A stretch of DNA of 64,000 bases from assembly GCA_030615625.1 (NCBI GenBank), contig JAUWYX010000004.1:76708-140707 (forward strand), in the 5' to 3' direction. The notes beneath the pieces were generated by a model, which did no database searches, had not been told where the DNA came from, and worked only from the letters and a program-made list of their open reading frames with translations. Of this stretch, positions 38,885 to 48,076 are shown piece after piece. Source of the stretch: Dehalococcoidia bacterium. Its GTDB lineage: Bacteria; Chloroflexota; Dehalococcoidia; GIF9; AB-539-J10. Both the position numbers and the translations under genes were made by a program. The number at the start of each line of letters is the position of its first letter. Positions within the stretch are counted from its first letter, which is position 1.

Positions 38885-39135
38885 TGCCTCGAGACGAGGA
38901 CAAGGGATTCCTGAAAGGCCTTAACATTCACGGCTTCATGGACGTCTACCAAGAATGGCACGCCTTCGTCAATGGCTTTTGCGAGGTCCTTTGCCCCTGG
39001 CGGGCGAAGTATGAACCCTCCGAAGAATTACTAAATGACTTGAAGGGGGATCATCATTACTATATGTTCGGCCGAGCCATCGGCGTCATCGCCTGGCTCA
39101 TCATCGCTAAAATCATCAAGGAGGTCTTCTTTTAA
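38885..39135 (+). CDS. small membrane protein (C-terminal TM)
   Basis: ATG at 38885 abuts the stop of the previous gene. 83 aa ending GVIAWLIIAKIIKEVFF. Confidence 0.35.
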
Positions 39136-39773
39136 TGGCTAAATCAGGAATTAAGCACATAGACGTCGGCCTCGAGCTCACCAAGACGGAGTGGGAGAGC
39201 GAGGAGAGCCACGAGCTCATTCACGGCAATAGCTTCCCGTCCTCGCCCGTCGAACGTCAGCTCTTCTACCGGGACGACGAGCATAAATGGTATATCTACA
39301 ACGGTTCGGCCTGGGTTGACCTTCAGGGTACTGGCGGCGGAGTCATGGACAAGTCTTGCCGGGTTCACCATTCCACAGACCAGACACTACCAACTGGCAC
39401 CGTGGTATTCTCTGCTTTTGATACTGAGGTCTGGGACACCGACGAAATACACGACACCGTCACCAATAATAGCCGGCTAACCTGCAAGACAGCAGGCAAG
39501 TATATGATTGCTGGCGGCGGTCAGTTTGTTGCCAACGCCACAGGAAGACGGCATGCTCAAATCAAGCTGAATGGGACTACGGTCATAGCTGGACAGCACT
39601 TTCAGGCGGTGACTGATAGCGGTGGTGTTACCAGCCTTACAATAGGTACCATTTATAGCTTGGCTGTGAACGACTATGTGGAGCTAGGATTTTATCAAGC
39701 ATCTGGAGGAGACTTGGATTTGCAGGGTGGGCAGATATACTCCCCCTGGTTTAGTATGGCAAGGATAGCATGA
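39135..39773 (+). CDS. phage fibre/receptor-binding-like structural protein
   Basis: 212-aa Gly/Thr-rich beta-type sequence (GGGQFVANATG...). Its start overlaps the stop of the previous gene. Confidence 0.35.
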   Translation: MAKSGIKHIDVGLELTKTEWESEESHELIHGNSFPSSPVERQLFYRDDEHKWYIYNGSAWVDLQGTGGGVMDKSCRVHHSTDQTLPTGTVVFSAFDTEVWDTDEIHDTVTNNSRLTCKTAGKYMIAGGGQFVANATGRRHAQIKLNGTTVIAGQHFQAVTDSGGVTSLTIGTIYSLAVNDYVELGFYQASGGDLDLQGGQIYSPWFSMARIA

Positions 39774-41854
39774 GAACCCTGACTGCTACCTTGGAAGCTG
39801 TCCAGAAGAAGCCCCACCGCCTACCCTACGTCGAAGCCGAAGTCTATGACTACGAGCAGGGTATTAAACGCCTCACGTGGACACGCATCTATACCGGCAG
39901 CGAGCCCGACAATCATCACGGTCTCACCTTCGATGGTAACGGCGATATGCACCGCATCCGGGTAGAAGGCAGCAACCTTTACTATCAGAAGCTCTTCTCC
40001 CCCTTCAACGCTCCCCCTTCGTTTCCTCTTTCCTTCCCCATCTCCCTCGTTTCTTGGTTCGATGAATGGGAGCTCATAGCCACCGACTATGCCGGTTCCT
40101 GTGCCATCGCCGCCTGTGGAGCCAAGGTCTATATCTTCTACCGCACCACCGGCAACGTCCTCTGGAAGTATTATAGCCATGACTACGGCGACACCTGGGA
40201 TGACGCCCAGCTCGTTGACTATGCCGACGTCCTTTCTATGGCTGCGTGCTGGTGGGGGATCGGCGACATCGTCGTCTGCTTCGCCCTTAAGTCCAACGAG
40301 CTTAACGGCATAACCCTGGACACCAGCACCCAGGAAGCCACTCAACACACCTGGACCGACGCCAACCATCCCTTGCTCAGTATCTACGGCATCGGCGCTA
40401 CTTTCAACGCCTTCTGGCCATGCTGCGAGATAGTCCTTGCTGCTAAGGAGTCCGACACCCCCTATAATCACTTCGATCTATTCCGTACCTGGTTTTTGGA
40501 TACCTACAACTTTGGTGCCCTCGAGAGCTTCCTTATGTCCCCGGACGGAGAAGATATCACCTATGAATACCCCGACTGCCACCTGCCGGCATCGGCCCAG
40601 AGCTACGAGACGAACCGTATCATCGCTGTAGAGAAGTTCGCAGGCACCACCGCCTACACCCGTCCCCTCGCTTGCCTCATGGTAAAAGGCACGTATTGGA
40701 GCGATACGACCTTTACCGAGCCTAAGCCCTTCCTGGACGTCAGCCCGGCCTATGGGCTCAGAATCGCCAGCACTGCCGACTATTGGTGGCTGGAAAAGCC
40801 CGACGGAGTCTGGAGAGCCCCCCGCCCCGCCGACTCGCCCCTCGACTTGACCAAGGACATCGTGACATTGCAAACAAATGTCATTGCGAGCCCGACTTCA
40901 GTCGGGCGTGGCAATCTCGTACTGGAGCTCGATAACTCCAAAGGCCAATATAACGTAGGGGAGGGTCTTGTACCCTCCCTCATTAACAAGCGCAGCGAAA
41001 TCGTCCTCAAGCTCGGCTATAAGACGACGGCAGGCAAGGAGACCTCCGAGGCCGGCACTTACTGGGTGGATTCCTGGGAGTACTCCTCCAAGCCCAACAT
41101 GTCCCGCTTCATCCTCACCTGCCTGGACGGCTGGGGCCTCATGGACCGCTGGACCGCCCGATACCAGATGAGGTGGAACAAGGACGAAGTCAACCCCAAG
41201 AGCGTCTGGCAGATCCTTTACCAGCTCTTAGCCCGTGCCGGCATCAAGCTCACCAACACCCCCGCCAAACCCCAGTCCTCCGCCATTAACAACTTCTACC
41301 CCGACTTCACCGTCAACCCTGGCACTCAGGGAGACACCGCAATACGCAAGCTCCTATCGTTCGTCCCCGACAAACTCATATTCCGTGGCCAGGAGGCCTT
41401 CACCAAGAACCCACTGGCCAGCGAGGAAAGCTGCTACTCCTACGGCACAGGCCACGCCATCCTCAGCGGTAAATACATCGAGGCCGTCACCGTCTCCCGC
41501 GCCCGGGCCATCGGCCGGGACAGCGGCGATAACCGCATCCTGGAAGAAGCCCTGGACTGGGACTTACTCGCCCTGGCCATTGACCAGCTCGAGCAGGACT
41601 ATGACCCCAACCTCCAGACCGCCACCAGGGCCCAGGAGAGGGCCGACGCTCTCTTAAGAGAGGCGTCATTGCGAGCGCAGCGCGGCAACCTCGTAGTCCC
41701 CACCAACTGTGGTCAGGAGCTCCTCGATGTCGTCGAGGTCACCGACGAGCGCTGCGGCATCTCGGAGGAGAAGTATAGGGTCGAGGCCATCCAGACCGAT
41801 TACGACCGCCGCCAAGGAATTTACACTCAGCGTCTGGCGCTCTGTGCCCCATGA
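39770..41854 (+). CDS. large phage structural protein (tail/baseplate or tailspike-like)
   Basis: 694 aa with a BNR-like YGDTWDD motif. Contains two in-frame family-B insertions (40880-40918, 41665-41692). Confidence 0.4.
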   Translation: MRTLTATLEAVQKKPHRLPYVEAEVYDYEQGIKRLTWTRIYTGSEPDNHHGLTFDGNGDMHRIRVEGSNLYYQKLFSPFNAPPSFPLSFPISLVSWFDEWELIATDYAGSCAIAACGAKVYIFYRTTGNVLWKYYSHDYGDTWDDAQLVDYADVLSMAACWWGIGDIVVCFALKSNELNGITLDTSTQEATQHTWTDANHPLLSIYGIGATFNAFWPCCEIVLAAKESDTPYNHFDLFRTWFLDTYNFGALESFLMSPDGEDITYEYPDCHLPASAQSYETNRIIAVEKFAGTTAYTRPLACLMVKGTYWSDTTFTEPKPFLDVSPAYGLRIASTADYWWLEKPDGVWRAPRPADSPLDLTKDIVTLQTNVIASPTSVGRGNLVLELDNSKGQYNVGEGLVPSLINKRSEIVLKLGYKTTAGKETSEAGTYWVDSWEYSSKPNMSRFILTCLDGWGLMDRWTARYQMRWNKDEVNPKSVWQILYQLLARAGIKLTNTPAKPQSSAINNFYPDFTVNPGTQGDTAIRKLLSFVPDKLIFRGQEAFTKNPLASEESCYSYGTGHAILSGKYIEAVTVSRARAIGRDSGDNRILEEALDWDLLALAIDQLEQDYDPNLQTATRAQERADALLREASLRAQRGNLVVPTNCGQELLDVVEVTDERCGISEEKYRVEAIQTDYDRRQGIYTQRLALCAP
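40880..40918 (+). repeat. family-B element inside 39770-41854 ORF
   Basis: gtcattgcgagcccgacttcagtcgggcgtggcaatctc, translated as VIASPTSVGRGNL. Confidence 0.8.
41665..41692 (+). repeat. family-B element inside 39770-41854 ORF
   Basis: gtcattgcgagcgcagcgcggcaacctc, translated as SLRAQRGNL. Confidence 0.7.
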
Positions 41855-42102
41855 CAAATTATTGGGAATGTTTAGTAGCGTCATTCTGGGGAGTCCAAAT
41901 GAATTTAGATGATGAAGCATCTCGGAAATTCTTCGCGGAGCCTGTCCTGAGCGGCACAAGATTCTTCGGTAGTGGGTCAATTTGAAAATGGTAAAAGTCT
42001 TTGAACTATCCTGAAATGAAGACAATGGCTTGACAAATAGTCAAGTTGTGATATAATAAAAGCAGTTATCACTATGAAAAGAGGCGACGTAGGGTTTTGT
42101 CC

Positions 42103-42624
42103 CTACGAAGTCTCTTTTCGGTTATATAGATCTCTCATGATATCATCTAAGTAGAATATCCGTATTTTAGTATGTAGTTTTCTGAGCAGATAGGAACATC
42201 CACCTCTACTACAAGCTATTAGGCATTCTAGTTTACCCTTATCGTGTAGGTATTCGACTAAACAAGCATAATCACCGTCGCTTGCTATTATTACTGCCTT
42301 TGCATAATTTTCATAATCCACCATAGACTGCAATGTCAGATTTACGTCTACGTTACCTTTAATTTCATCTTCGTGGGTAGCTACTTCTTTAAATTTCAAT
42401 TCATATCCTTGTCTTCTTAACTGGTCATATAAACTCTTGTATTCCGGTACATAACCAATAAAATAATAGGCAACCTTAACAGCATGTTTTTCCATAAGAT
42501 AGACTCGGAATTCATTCAAATCTAATTTTACCTCAAGCGCTTCAACTTCTTTTTCAAGTGATTGGAGTGATTTGTAAAAGTTCTGACCATCAATGAAGGC
42601 ATAATTCGCTGGCACTTCATGCAT
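42103..42624 (-). CDS. NYN-domain (LabA-like, PIN-fold) protein
   Basis: An N-terminal AFIDGQNF motif and internal IIASDGDY acidic residues, as in NYN RNases. Confidence 0.6.
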   Translation of the reverse strand: MHEVPANYAFIDGQNFYKSLQSLEKEVEALEVKLDLNEFRVYLMEKHAVKVAYYFIGYVPEYKSLYDQLRRQGYELKFKEVATHEDEIKGNVDVNLTLQSMVDYENYAKAVIIASDGDYACLVEYLHDKGKLECLIACSRGGCSYLLRKLHTKIRIFYLDDIMRDLYNRKETS

Positions 42625-42753
42625 AATCTATCAACCTCACAATTTCTTCTATTGTCCAAATGTGATTAGCTAACCTGGCTGCCATTGCTGGTGTCTTTGG
42701 ATAAGGATTATTTAAAGCCTTGTGTGGCCTAGCGAAGTTGCGAAGTGGATTTC

Positions 42754-43314
42754 TCATGGGCTACTAATTAATGCTTGCTTCAAATCATCGAGCCTTGGGG
42801 TAAAATCTTCAACGAGCCCCTGGCGGGCTACTTGCCATTTGTGGCTAACTTCGATATTGATAGCATCCACTGCTGTTCCTGAGATTCTCAATTGGTGCAG
42901 GGTTTCCCTGTAGTTGCTTTCTAGTTCCTGTCTTATCTTTTGTTCTGCCCCTTCATATTCTTGAACAAGCTGGCCTATTTCTTCTGCCTTTGGCTGCAAT
43001 TCAGGCCCTAAGCTGCTTATCACCTCGATTACCCTTTTCACGCTATTTATACCCAGGGTAGTTGTAAGCTCAATAGCCTCTGCGAGGTGCTCGATCACGG
43101 CCTGCTTTATTATTGTTCTCTCCTTTTCTTCGTGCTTGTTTAGCTCCGCAGGCATATCCAGTTTTTGGGAACCGTCCAGCCATTTTTGTGCCAGCACCTG
43201 ACCGATTTGGCGATACCTTTGTCTTTCTTGCTGTTCCTTTTCCTCGACTGACAGCTTGCCCAATCTATTTGCTTTCTCTTGAGCAATTTCCCAGGCACTC
43301 TTTAGCTCACCCAT
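42754..43314 (-). CDS. hypothetical protein
   Basis: 186-aa helical, Glu/Gln-rich ORF. Confidence 0.4.
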   Translation of the reverse strand: MGELKSAWEIAQEKANRLGKLSVEEKEQQERQRYRQIGQVLAQKWLDGSQKLDMPAELNKHEEKERTIIKQAVIEHLAEAIELTTTLGINSVKRVIEVISSLGPELQPKAEEIGQLVQEYEGAEQKIRQELESNYRETLHQLRISGTAVDAINIEVSHKWQVARQGLVEDFTPRLDDLKQALISSP

Positions 43315-43333
43315 ATAGGTTCCCTCTCCCTAC

Positions 43334-43362
43334 GCCGTTGCGAGCCGAAGGCGAAGCCACCT
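43334..43362 (+). repeat. degenerate family-B element (intergenic)
   Basis: ccgttgcgagccgaaggcgaagccacctc. Confidence 0.5.
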
Positions 43363-43495
43363 CACATCCCCATTCCTTTAGATTGCTTCAGCACTACCGG
43401 GCTTCGCGATGATAGGGTAGCGACATTATTAGCGTTAACAGTGCATTTTAGCCTATAATATTGACGGGGTTCAACAAAGTGAGTTTGGGGTTATA

Positions 43496-44227
43496 GTGAT
43501 GATTTATCATAATTCTGTGAAGTTAGCGGAGTATTTTTATTGTTATGTATGGCAAGGCAGAGGAAATAACTGCAATGCCATTCTCTGGCCCTCGGTTTTA
43601 AGGGGGGAGCGTCCGCACGTATTAGTTGACCCCGGCCATGTCAGGAATGAGCTTGGGGAGCCCTGTTTTGATTCACTGACTCAGGCTATGGAGAGGGATG
43701 GCTTCAAGATGGAGGATATTGGTCTGGTGATTGGCACCCATAGCCATCCTGACCATATTGAAGCCACTGAATTGGTGGTGGAAAAAAGTGGTGCTTTGTT
43801 TACTTTATCCCGTGAGGAGGATGAATTTTATCGCACGATGGGGAAGATGTTCTTTCAAGCATTTGGAGGTAAGCCGCCGCAGGTTAATCCCTTCTTTTAT
43901 CTTAAGGAGGGCGATTTGTCTCTGGGGGCTAAAAATGATAAGGTAGCGGTCAAGGTTCTATTTACCCCGGGACATTCTCCTGGTTCTATTTCCCTTTATC
44001 TGGAAGAGGACAAAATATTGATCAGCGGTGACGTGGTCTTTGCTGGCAGCATAGGCAGGACTGACTTCCCTGGTGGCAGCTCTTCCTTACTACGGAAGAG
44101 CATTGACGAACTGTCTCAGCTTGATGTGGAATACCTTGTTCCTGGTCATAGCACTGAAACTGGCAGCATAATTGCTGGCAAGGATAAAGTAAGGCATAAC
44201 TTTTACACGGTCAAGATGTTTTTTTAA
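43496..44227 (+). CDS. MBL-fold metallo-hydrolase
   Basis: HSHPDH metal-binding motif with downstream His and Asp ligands (TPGHSPGS, GDVVF). Confidence 0.75.
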   Translation: MMIYHNSVKLAEYFYCYVWQGRGNNCNAILWPSVLRGERPHVLVDPGHVRNELGEPCFDSLTQAMERDGFKMEDIGLVIGTHSHPDHIEATELVVEKSGALFTLSREEDEFYRTMGKMFFQAFGGKPPQVNPFFYLKEGDLSLGAKNDKVAVKVLFTPGHSPGSISLYLEEDKILISGDVVFAGSIGRTDFPGGSSSLLRKSIDELSQLDVEYLVPGHSTETGSIIAGKDKVRHNFYTVKMFF

Positions 44228-44249
44228 AATATAGAAGGATCGAATTGAT

Positions 44250-44924
44250 ATGGAGATAGATGACAAAATTAAATATGCTCTGGAGCACACGGAATTAATC
44301 AGAGCACCACGGCAAGGACTGGACACTTTTGGCAGTTCTGTCATTGATTATTACGTTGTCACTGAACTGGTGGGAAACCTTAGTGTGGTCAGGGATGGAA
44401 AGGTAATTGCGGCAAGGCCCAAAATTGTTACTCCTGCTTACCTGGTCAATGTCGAAGGCTTTAGCGAGCAGGCAAAAAGATACGTAGCGATGATGGCTCG
44501 AGAGCGCCCTTATGAATCGGGCATTTTTTACCGATATAAGAACGAACCCGGGGGGATGAATGTTGTCTCCGAGCCTATCAGCCAGGTGATAAATAAGCTC
44601 AGCTCCCAAATAGAGGAACAGCATAACCCCTTAAGCACCATAATTAGGGGGGTGGAGGAACTATGGGATGTATCCTTGCTCATGTTCATCTATGAGCTAA
44701 CTAATAAGTCGGTTCGCACTAATATAGCCGAATTTAATCGCCGGGGTTTTTTAGACATCGATGCCAGTGGAGTGCCCCAAGGTGCCCGAGATTACATTGA
44801 AGAGCTTTTCGAGCAAGCAAGTCGCAACCTTTCCCGAGCCCCGGAGTTGGTGATTGAGTTAAACCGCTGGGGTCTATTCCCAGAATATCAGGACCGTTTC
44901 TTTGCCCTGTTCAGAAGAAGGTGA
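44250..44924 (+). CDS. hypothetical protein
   Basis: 224-aa ORF with no recognisable motif. Confidence 0.4.
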   Translation: MEIDDKIKYALEHTELIRAPRQGLDTFGSSVIDYYVVTELVGNLSVVRDGKVIAARPKIVTPAYLVNVEGFSEQAKRYVAMMARERPYESGIFYRYKNEPGGMNVVSEPISQVINKLSSQIEEQHNPLSTIIRGVEELWDVSLLMFIYELTNKSVRTNIAEFNRRGFLDIDASGVPQGARDYIEELFEQASRNLSRAPELVIELNRWGLFPEYQDRFFALFRRR

Positions 44925-44994
44925 GCCCGCCCTGGCTTTACATAAAGTGCGTTAGGTGGTTACACGTAACCCAAAGAGATTAGATCCCAGATAA

Positions 44995-45110
44995 ATGCCT
45001 CTGAAATGCAAAAGGTAAAAATAAAAATGCAAAGTGACAGAGCAAAAGTCAAAAATTTGCATTTTGAGTTGTCATTTTGATTTTTGCCCTTTGATTTTTA
45101 AATTTCTCCT
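44995..45110. repeat. family-C element (near-identical arms to the 22817 copy)
   Basis: Arms gaaatgcaaaaggtaaaaataaaaatgcaaagtgacagagcaaaag ... tttgcattttgagttgtcattttgatttttgccc. Confidence 0.75.
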
Positions 45111-45141
45111 GAGGCGTGAAGGAATCCTTTCCTTCACCATA

Positions 45142-45915
45142 CTACATCAGTCCCAGGTACCAGCTTAGTATACTACTTCCCCAGAGCAATGTTATCGTGG
45201 CGGCCAGGGCAAGAAAGGGACCGAAAGGAATCGTCTCCCGGCGTTTTCTCTTTTTAGCTATCACCAGAGCCACGGCCACTATGCCACCGAGGATAGCCCC
45301 CATAATAATGGAGAAAAAAACCAGTGGAAAGCCAGTAGCCAGACCAATCAAAGCAGCTAGCTTAACATCTCCCCAACCCATGCCGCCACGGGAGGCTAGC
45401 GCAATCAAAAGGAATATCGCAAAGCCAATGCCTCCGCCTAGAGCAGCATTGGCGACTCCGGTAACTGTCCACTGGGTAAGCCAGGACTGAGGCAATAAAG
45501 CCAGAAGCAAAGCCACAACCATGCCGGGATAAACCACCTTGTTCAGGATGAGCCCGTGCTCCAGGTCAATGACGAAAATGATAATGAATAGACAGGCGTA
45601 GAAAGCCATAACTCCCAGCCCCACACTTAAGCCGTAATGCCAGTAGAGGAAAGCGAATATCAGGGCGGTGGCAAGCTCCACCCAGAATAGCCTCCGGGGT
45701 ATGGCTGCCTGACAGTACCGACAACGACCACGAAGCCTGAGGTAGCTAAATACGGGGATGAGGTCTTTAGCGGCTAGCCTGTGCTGGCAAACTGGGCAAT
45801 GAGATGGCGGATTTACAATGGACTCATTCCGGGGCAGACGGTCGATGCATACATTGAGGAAGCTGCCTACGGCCAGACCCAGAAGGGCGAATAGGAATAT
45901 CAAAAGTATTTCCAC
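45142..45915 (-). CDS. pilD: prepilin (type IV leader) peptidase, A24 family
   Basis: N-terminal CPVCQHRL...CRYCQAAI zinc-binding tetracysteine and a polytopic membrane body. Confidence 0.8.
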   Translation of the reverse strand: MEILLIFLFALLGLAVGSFLNVCIDRLPRNESIVNPPSHCPVCQHRLAAKDLIPVFSYLRLRGRCRYCQAAIPRRLFWVELATALIFAFLYWHYGLSVGLGVMAFYACLFIIIFVIDLEHGLILNKVVYPGMVVALLLALLPQSWLTQWTVTGVANAALGGGIGFAIFLLIALASRGGMGWGDVKLAALIGLATGFPLVFFSIIMGAILGGIVAVALVIAKKRKRRETIPFGPFLALAATITLLWGSSILSWYLGLM

Positions 45916-45989
45916 GGGTGTTTATTGTGGACGTATCATGGGCCTGAAGTCAATACTTGGTGGGTATTGTTGCCCGCGCAGCTTCTTGT

Positions 45990-46023
45990 GTCATTGAGAA
46001 GGGCGAAGCTTCGAAGCAATCTC
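45990..46023 (+). repeat. family-B element (intergenic)
   Basis: gtcattgagaagggcgaagcttcgaagcaatctc. Confidence 0.65.
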
Positions 46024-46048
46024 AGTGGGAAATAGAATTGCCCCCATT

Positions 46049-48055
46049 TTAAACAGGCTGCCAGCTCAGGAAGGAGTAGGTCACGTTATTCACGATATTC
46101 CAGATGTAGGAAGGGTTGCGGGTGCCAGGATTGGCGACTGCGATTATGTTCCAGCCTGCGCCTGAGAAAGAGGTGATGTCCTTCATCTGCGCCGTAGTCT
46201 TGCCCGTCCCGCCATCCGAAGTGGCCTGTCCACTGGTTTCAGTATCCCAGAAAGAGTTGCTCACACTGCCGCCATAACCATTCACTCCCAACAGACCACC
46301 AACACTCGAAGAGCCGGTCACGCTACCTGTGGAATAGCAGGTGCTCACAGTGCCATAATTTGCTCCGACCAGACCGCCAATAATGTGATCGCCAGTCACG
46401 CTGCCAGTAGAGTAGGAGTTGCTCACAGTGCCATAATTCTCTCCCACCAGACCGCCAACATTGTTATCGCTGGTCACGCTAGCGGTGGAATAGGAGTTGC
46501 TCACAGTGCCCCCATTCCTTCCCACCAGACCGCCAACCGCCCATTCTATGCCACTAACGTTACCGCTGGAATAGGAGGTGTGAACCGTGCCCTGATGATT
46601 CTGTCCCACCAGACCACCAACATTACAATCGCCGGTCACAGTGCCCGTGAAATAGGAGTTGCTTACAGTTCCGTGCATATTCTGTCCAACCAGCCCGCCA
46701 ATAAAGCTACCGCCGGGCACGCCAGTCACGCTACCGGTGGAGTGGCAGTCGCTTATGGTGCCCTTCCAGGTACTTCCCACCAGACCGCCAACCTCTCTCC
46801 AGCCAGTTACGTTTATGTTCTCGACACTCATATGAGTGACATTTCCACCGGGAGCAAGGTATCCAAATAATCCAAGTGGCGCAGCTAAATTAAAATTTAA
46901 GCTCAGGGCGGAGGCATTGTGACCATTTCCATCAAACTCTCCGGCCAGATAAGGGATGTAAAAATTGGCTTCATCGACTAAATCCAGGTCGTTTGTCAAT
47001 CTGAACTTGAGAGTACCATTTTGCCCGAACGCCAGTAGCTGTTTGAAATCACTGACATCGTTTATCAAGTAATAGCCATTTTCTCCAGAAAGCTTTTCAT
47101 TGACATCCAGAAACTTATCGTTAGCAAGCCATTGCTCAAAGGCTCCACTGAATAAAGCTCCTATAGTAATTATCTTCTCGCCGTTAATCAGGACCTCATC
47201 ATAATCATAGTAGGAGTTGCTCACAGTGCTACCATCAGAAATGTGTCCCACCAGACCACCAACATTCATATCGCCAGTGACGCTGCCTGTGGAATAGGAG
47301 TCGCTCACAGTGCTATCCCACGAATTTACTCCCACCAGACCACCAATATACCTATCGCCAGTGACGCTGCCTGTGGAATAGGAGTTAATCACAGCGCCAC
47401 TATAAGAATTAGATCCCACCAGACCGCCAGCAGCTCCAGCGTAAGGCCAGCTAGTGGCAGTTACGCTAGCGATGGAAGAGGAGTTGCTCACAGTGCCGGC
47501 ATGATGATTATCTCCCACCAGTCCGCCAACATCAGCGGTGCCGTGCACGTTGCCTGTGGAGTAGGAGTTGTTCACAGTCCCATAATTCCTTCCCACCAGA
47601 CCGCCAACGTTATAGTGGCCAGTCACACTAACGTTCGCCACGCCGATATCTTCGATGACCCCTTCTTCATCAACAGCACCAAAAAGCCCCACATAATCCT
47701 CGCCATGCCGGTTGATAAAAAGGTCGTGTATCTCGTATGCCTGTCCGTCGAGGCTGCCCTTAAATGGACGATATCCAGTTCCGATTGGGCGCCAGCCCTC
47801 TCCCTCGTTAGCTGTTGGGCTTGCTAGCTCCTCATAACCGAGAGTGGTAGCATCGAGGTTGTTCATCAGAGTGTGGTTGCCGGCCAGGTTGTCCCTGACG
47901 GCATCCAAATCATACCAGGTCCTTATTTCCAGGTCTTTGGAAGGAGGGGTATAATCGTCACAGCCTACCATCCCGGCAATTAAGGCCGCCGTAATCAAAA
48001 AGACGCAAACCTTTACCAGGTGATGGTCTCTCCTCGAACTAGGTATTGTCTTCAT
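46049..48055 (-). CDS. GLUG-motif repeat lipoprotein
   Basis: Lipobox (MVGC) and about 20 tandem ...VGGLVG.N.GTVSNSYSTGSVTG... repeats. Paralogue of the next gene. Confidence 0.65.
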   Translation of the reverse strand: MKTIPSSRRDHHLVKVCVFLITAALIAGMVGCDDYTPPSKDLEIRTWYDLDAVRDNLAGNHTLMNNLDATTLGYEELASPTANEGEGWRPIGTGYRPFKGSLDGQAYEIHDLFINRHGEDYVGLFGAVDEEGVIEDIGVANVSVTGHYNVGGLVGRNYGTVNNSYSTGNVHGTADVGGLVGDNHHAGTVSNSSSIASVTATSWPYAGAAGGLVGSNSYSGAVINSYSTGSVTGDRYIGGLVGVNSWDSTVSDSYSTGSVTGDMNVGGLVGHISDGSTVSNSYYDYDEVLINGEKIITIGALFSGAFEQWLANDKFLDVNEKLSGENGYYLINDVSDFKQLLAFGQNGTLKFRLTNDLDLVDEANFYIPYLAGEFDGNGHNASALSLNFNLAAPLGLFGYLAPGGNVTHMSVENINVTGWREVGGLVGSTWKGTISDCHSTGSVTGVPGGSFIGGLVGQNMHGTVSNSYFTGTVTGDCNVGGLVGQNHQGTVHTSYSSGNVSGIEWAVGGLVGRNGGTVSNSYSTASVTSDNNVGGLVGENYGTVSNSYSTGSVTGDHIIGGLVGANYGTVSTCYSTGSVTGSSSVGGLLGVNGYGGSVSNSFWDTETSGQATSDGGTGKTTAQMKDITSFSGAGWNIIAVANPGTRNPSYIWNIVNNVTYSFLSWQPV

Positions 48056-48076
48056 CTTCCACCTCCAGATTTTTGT

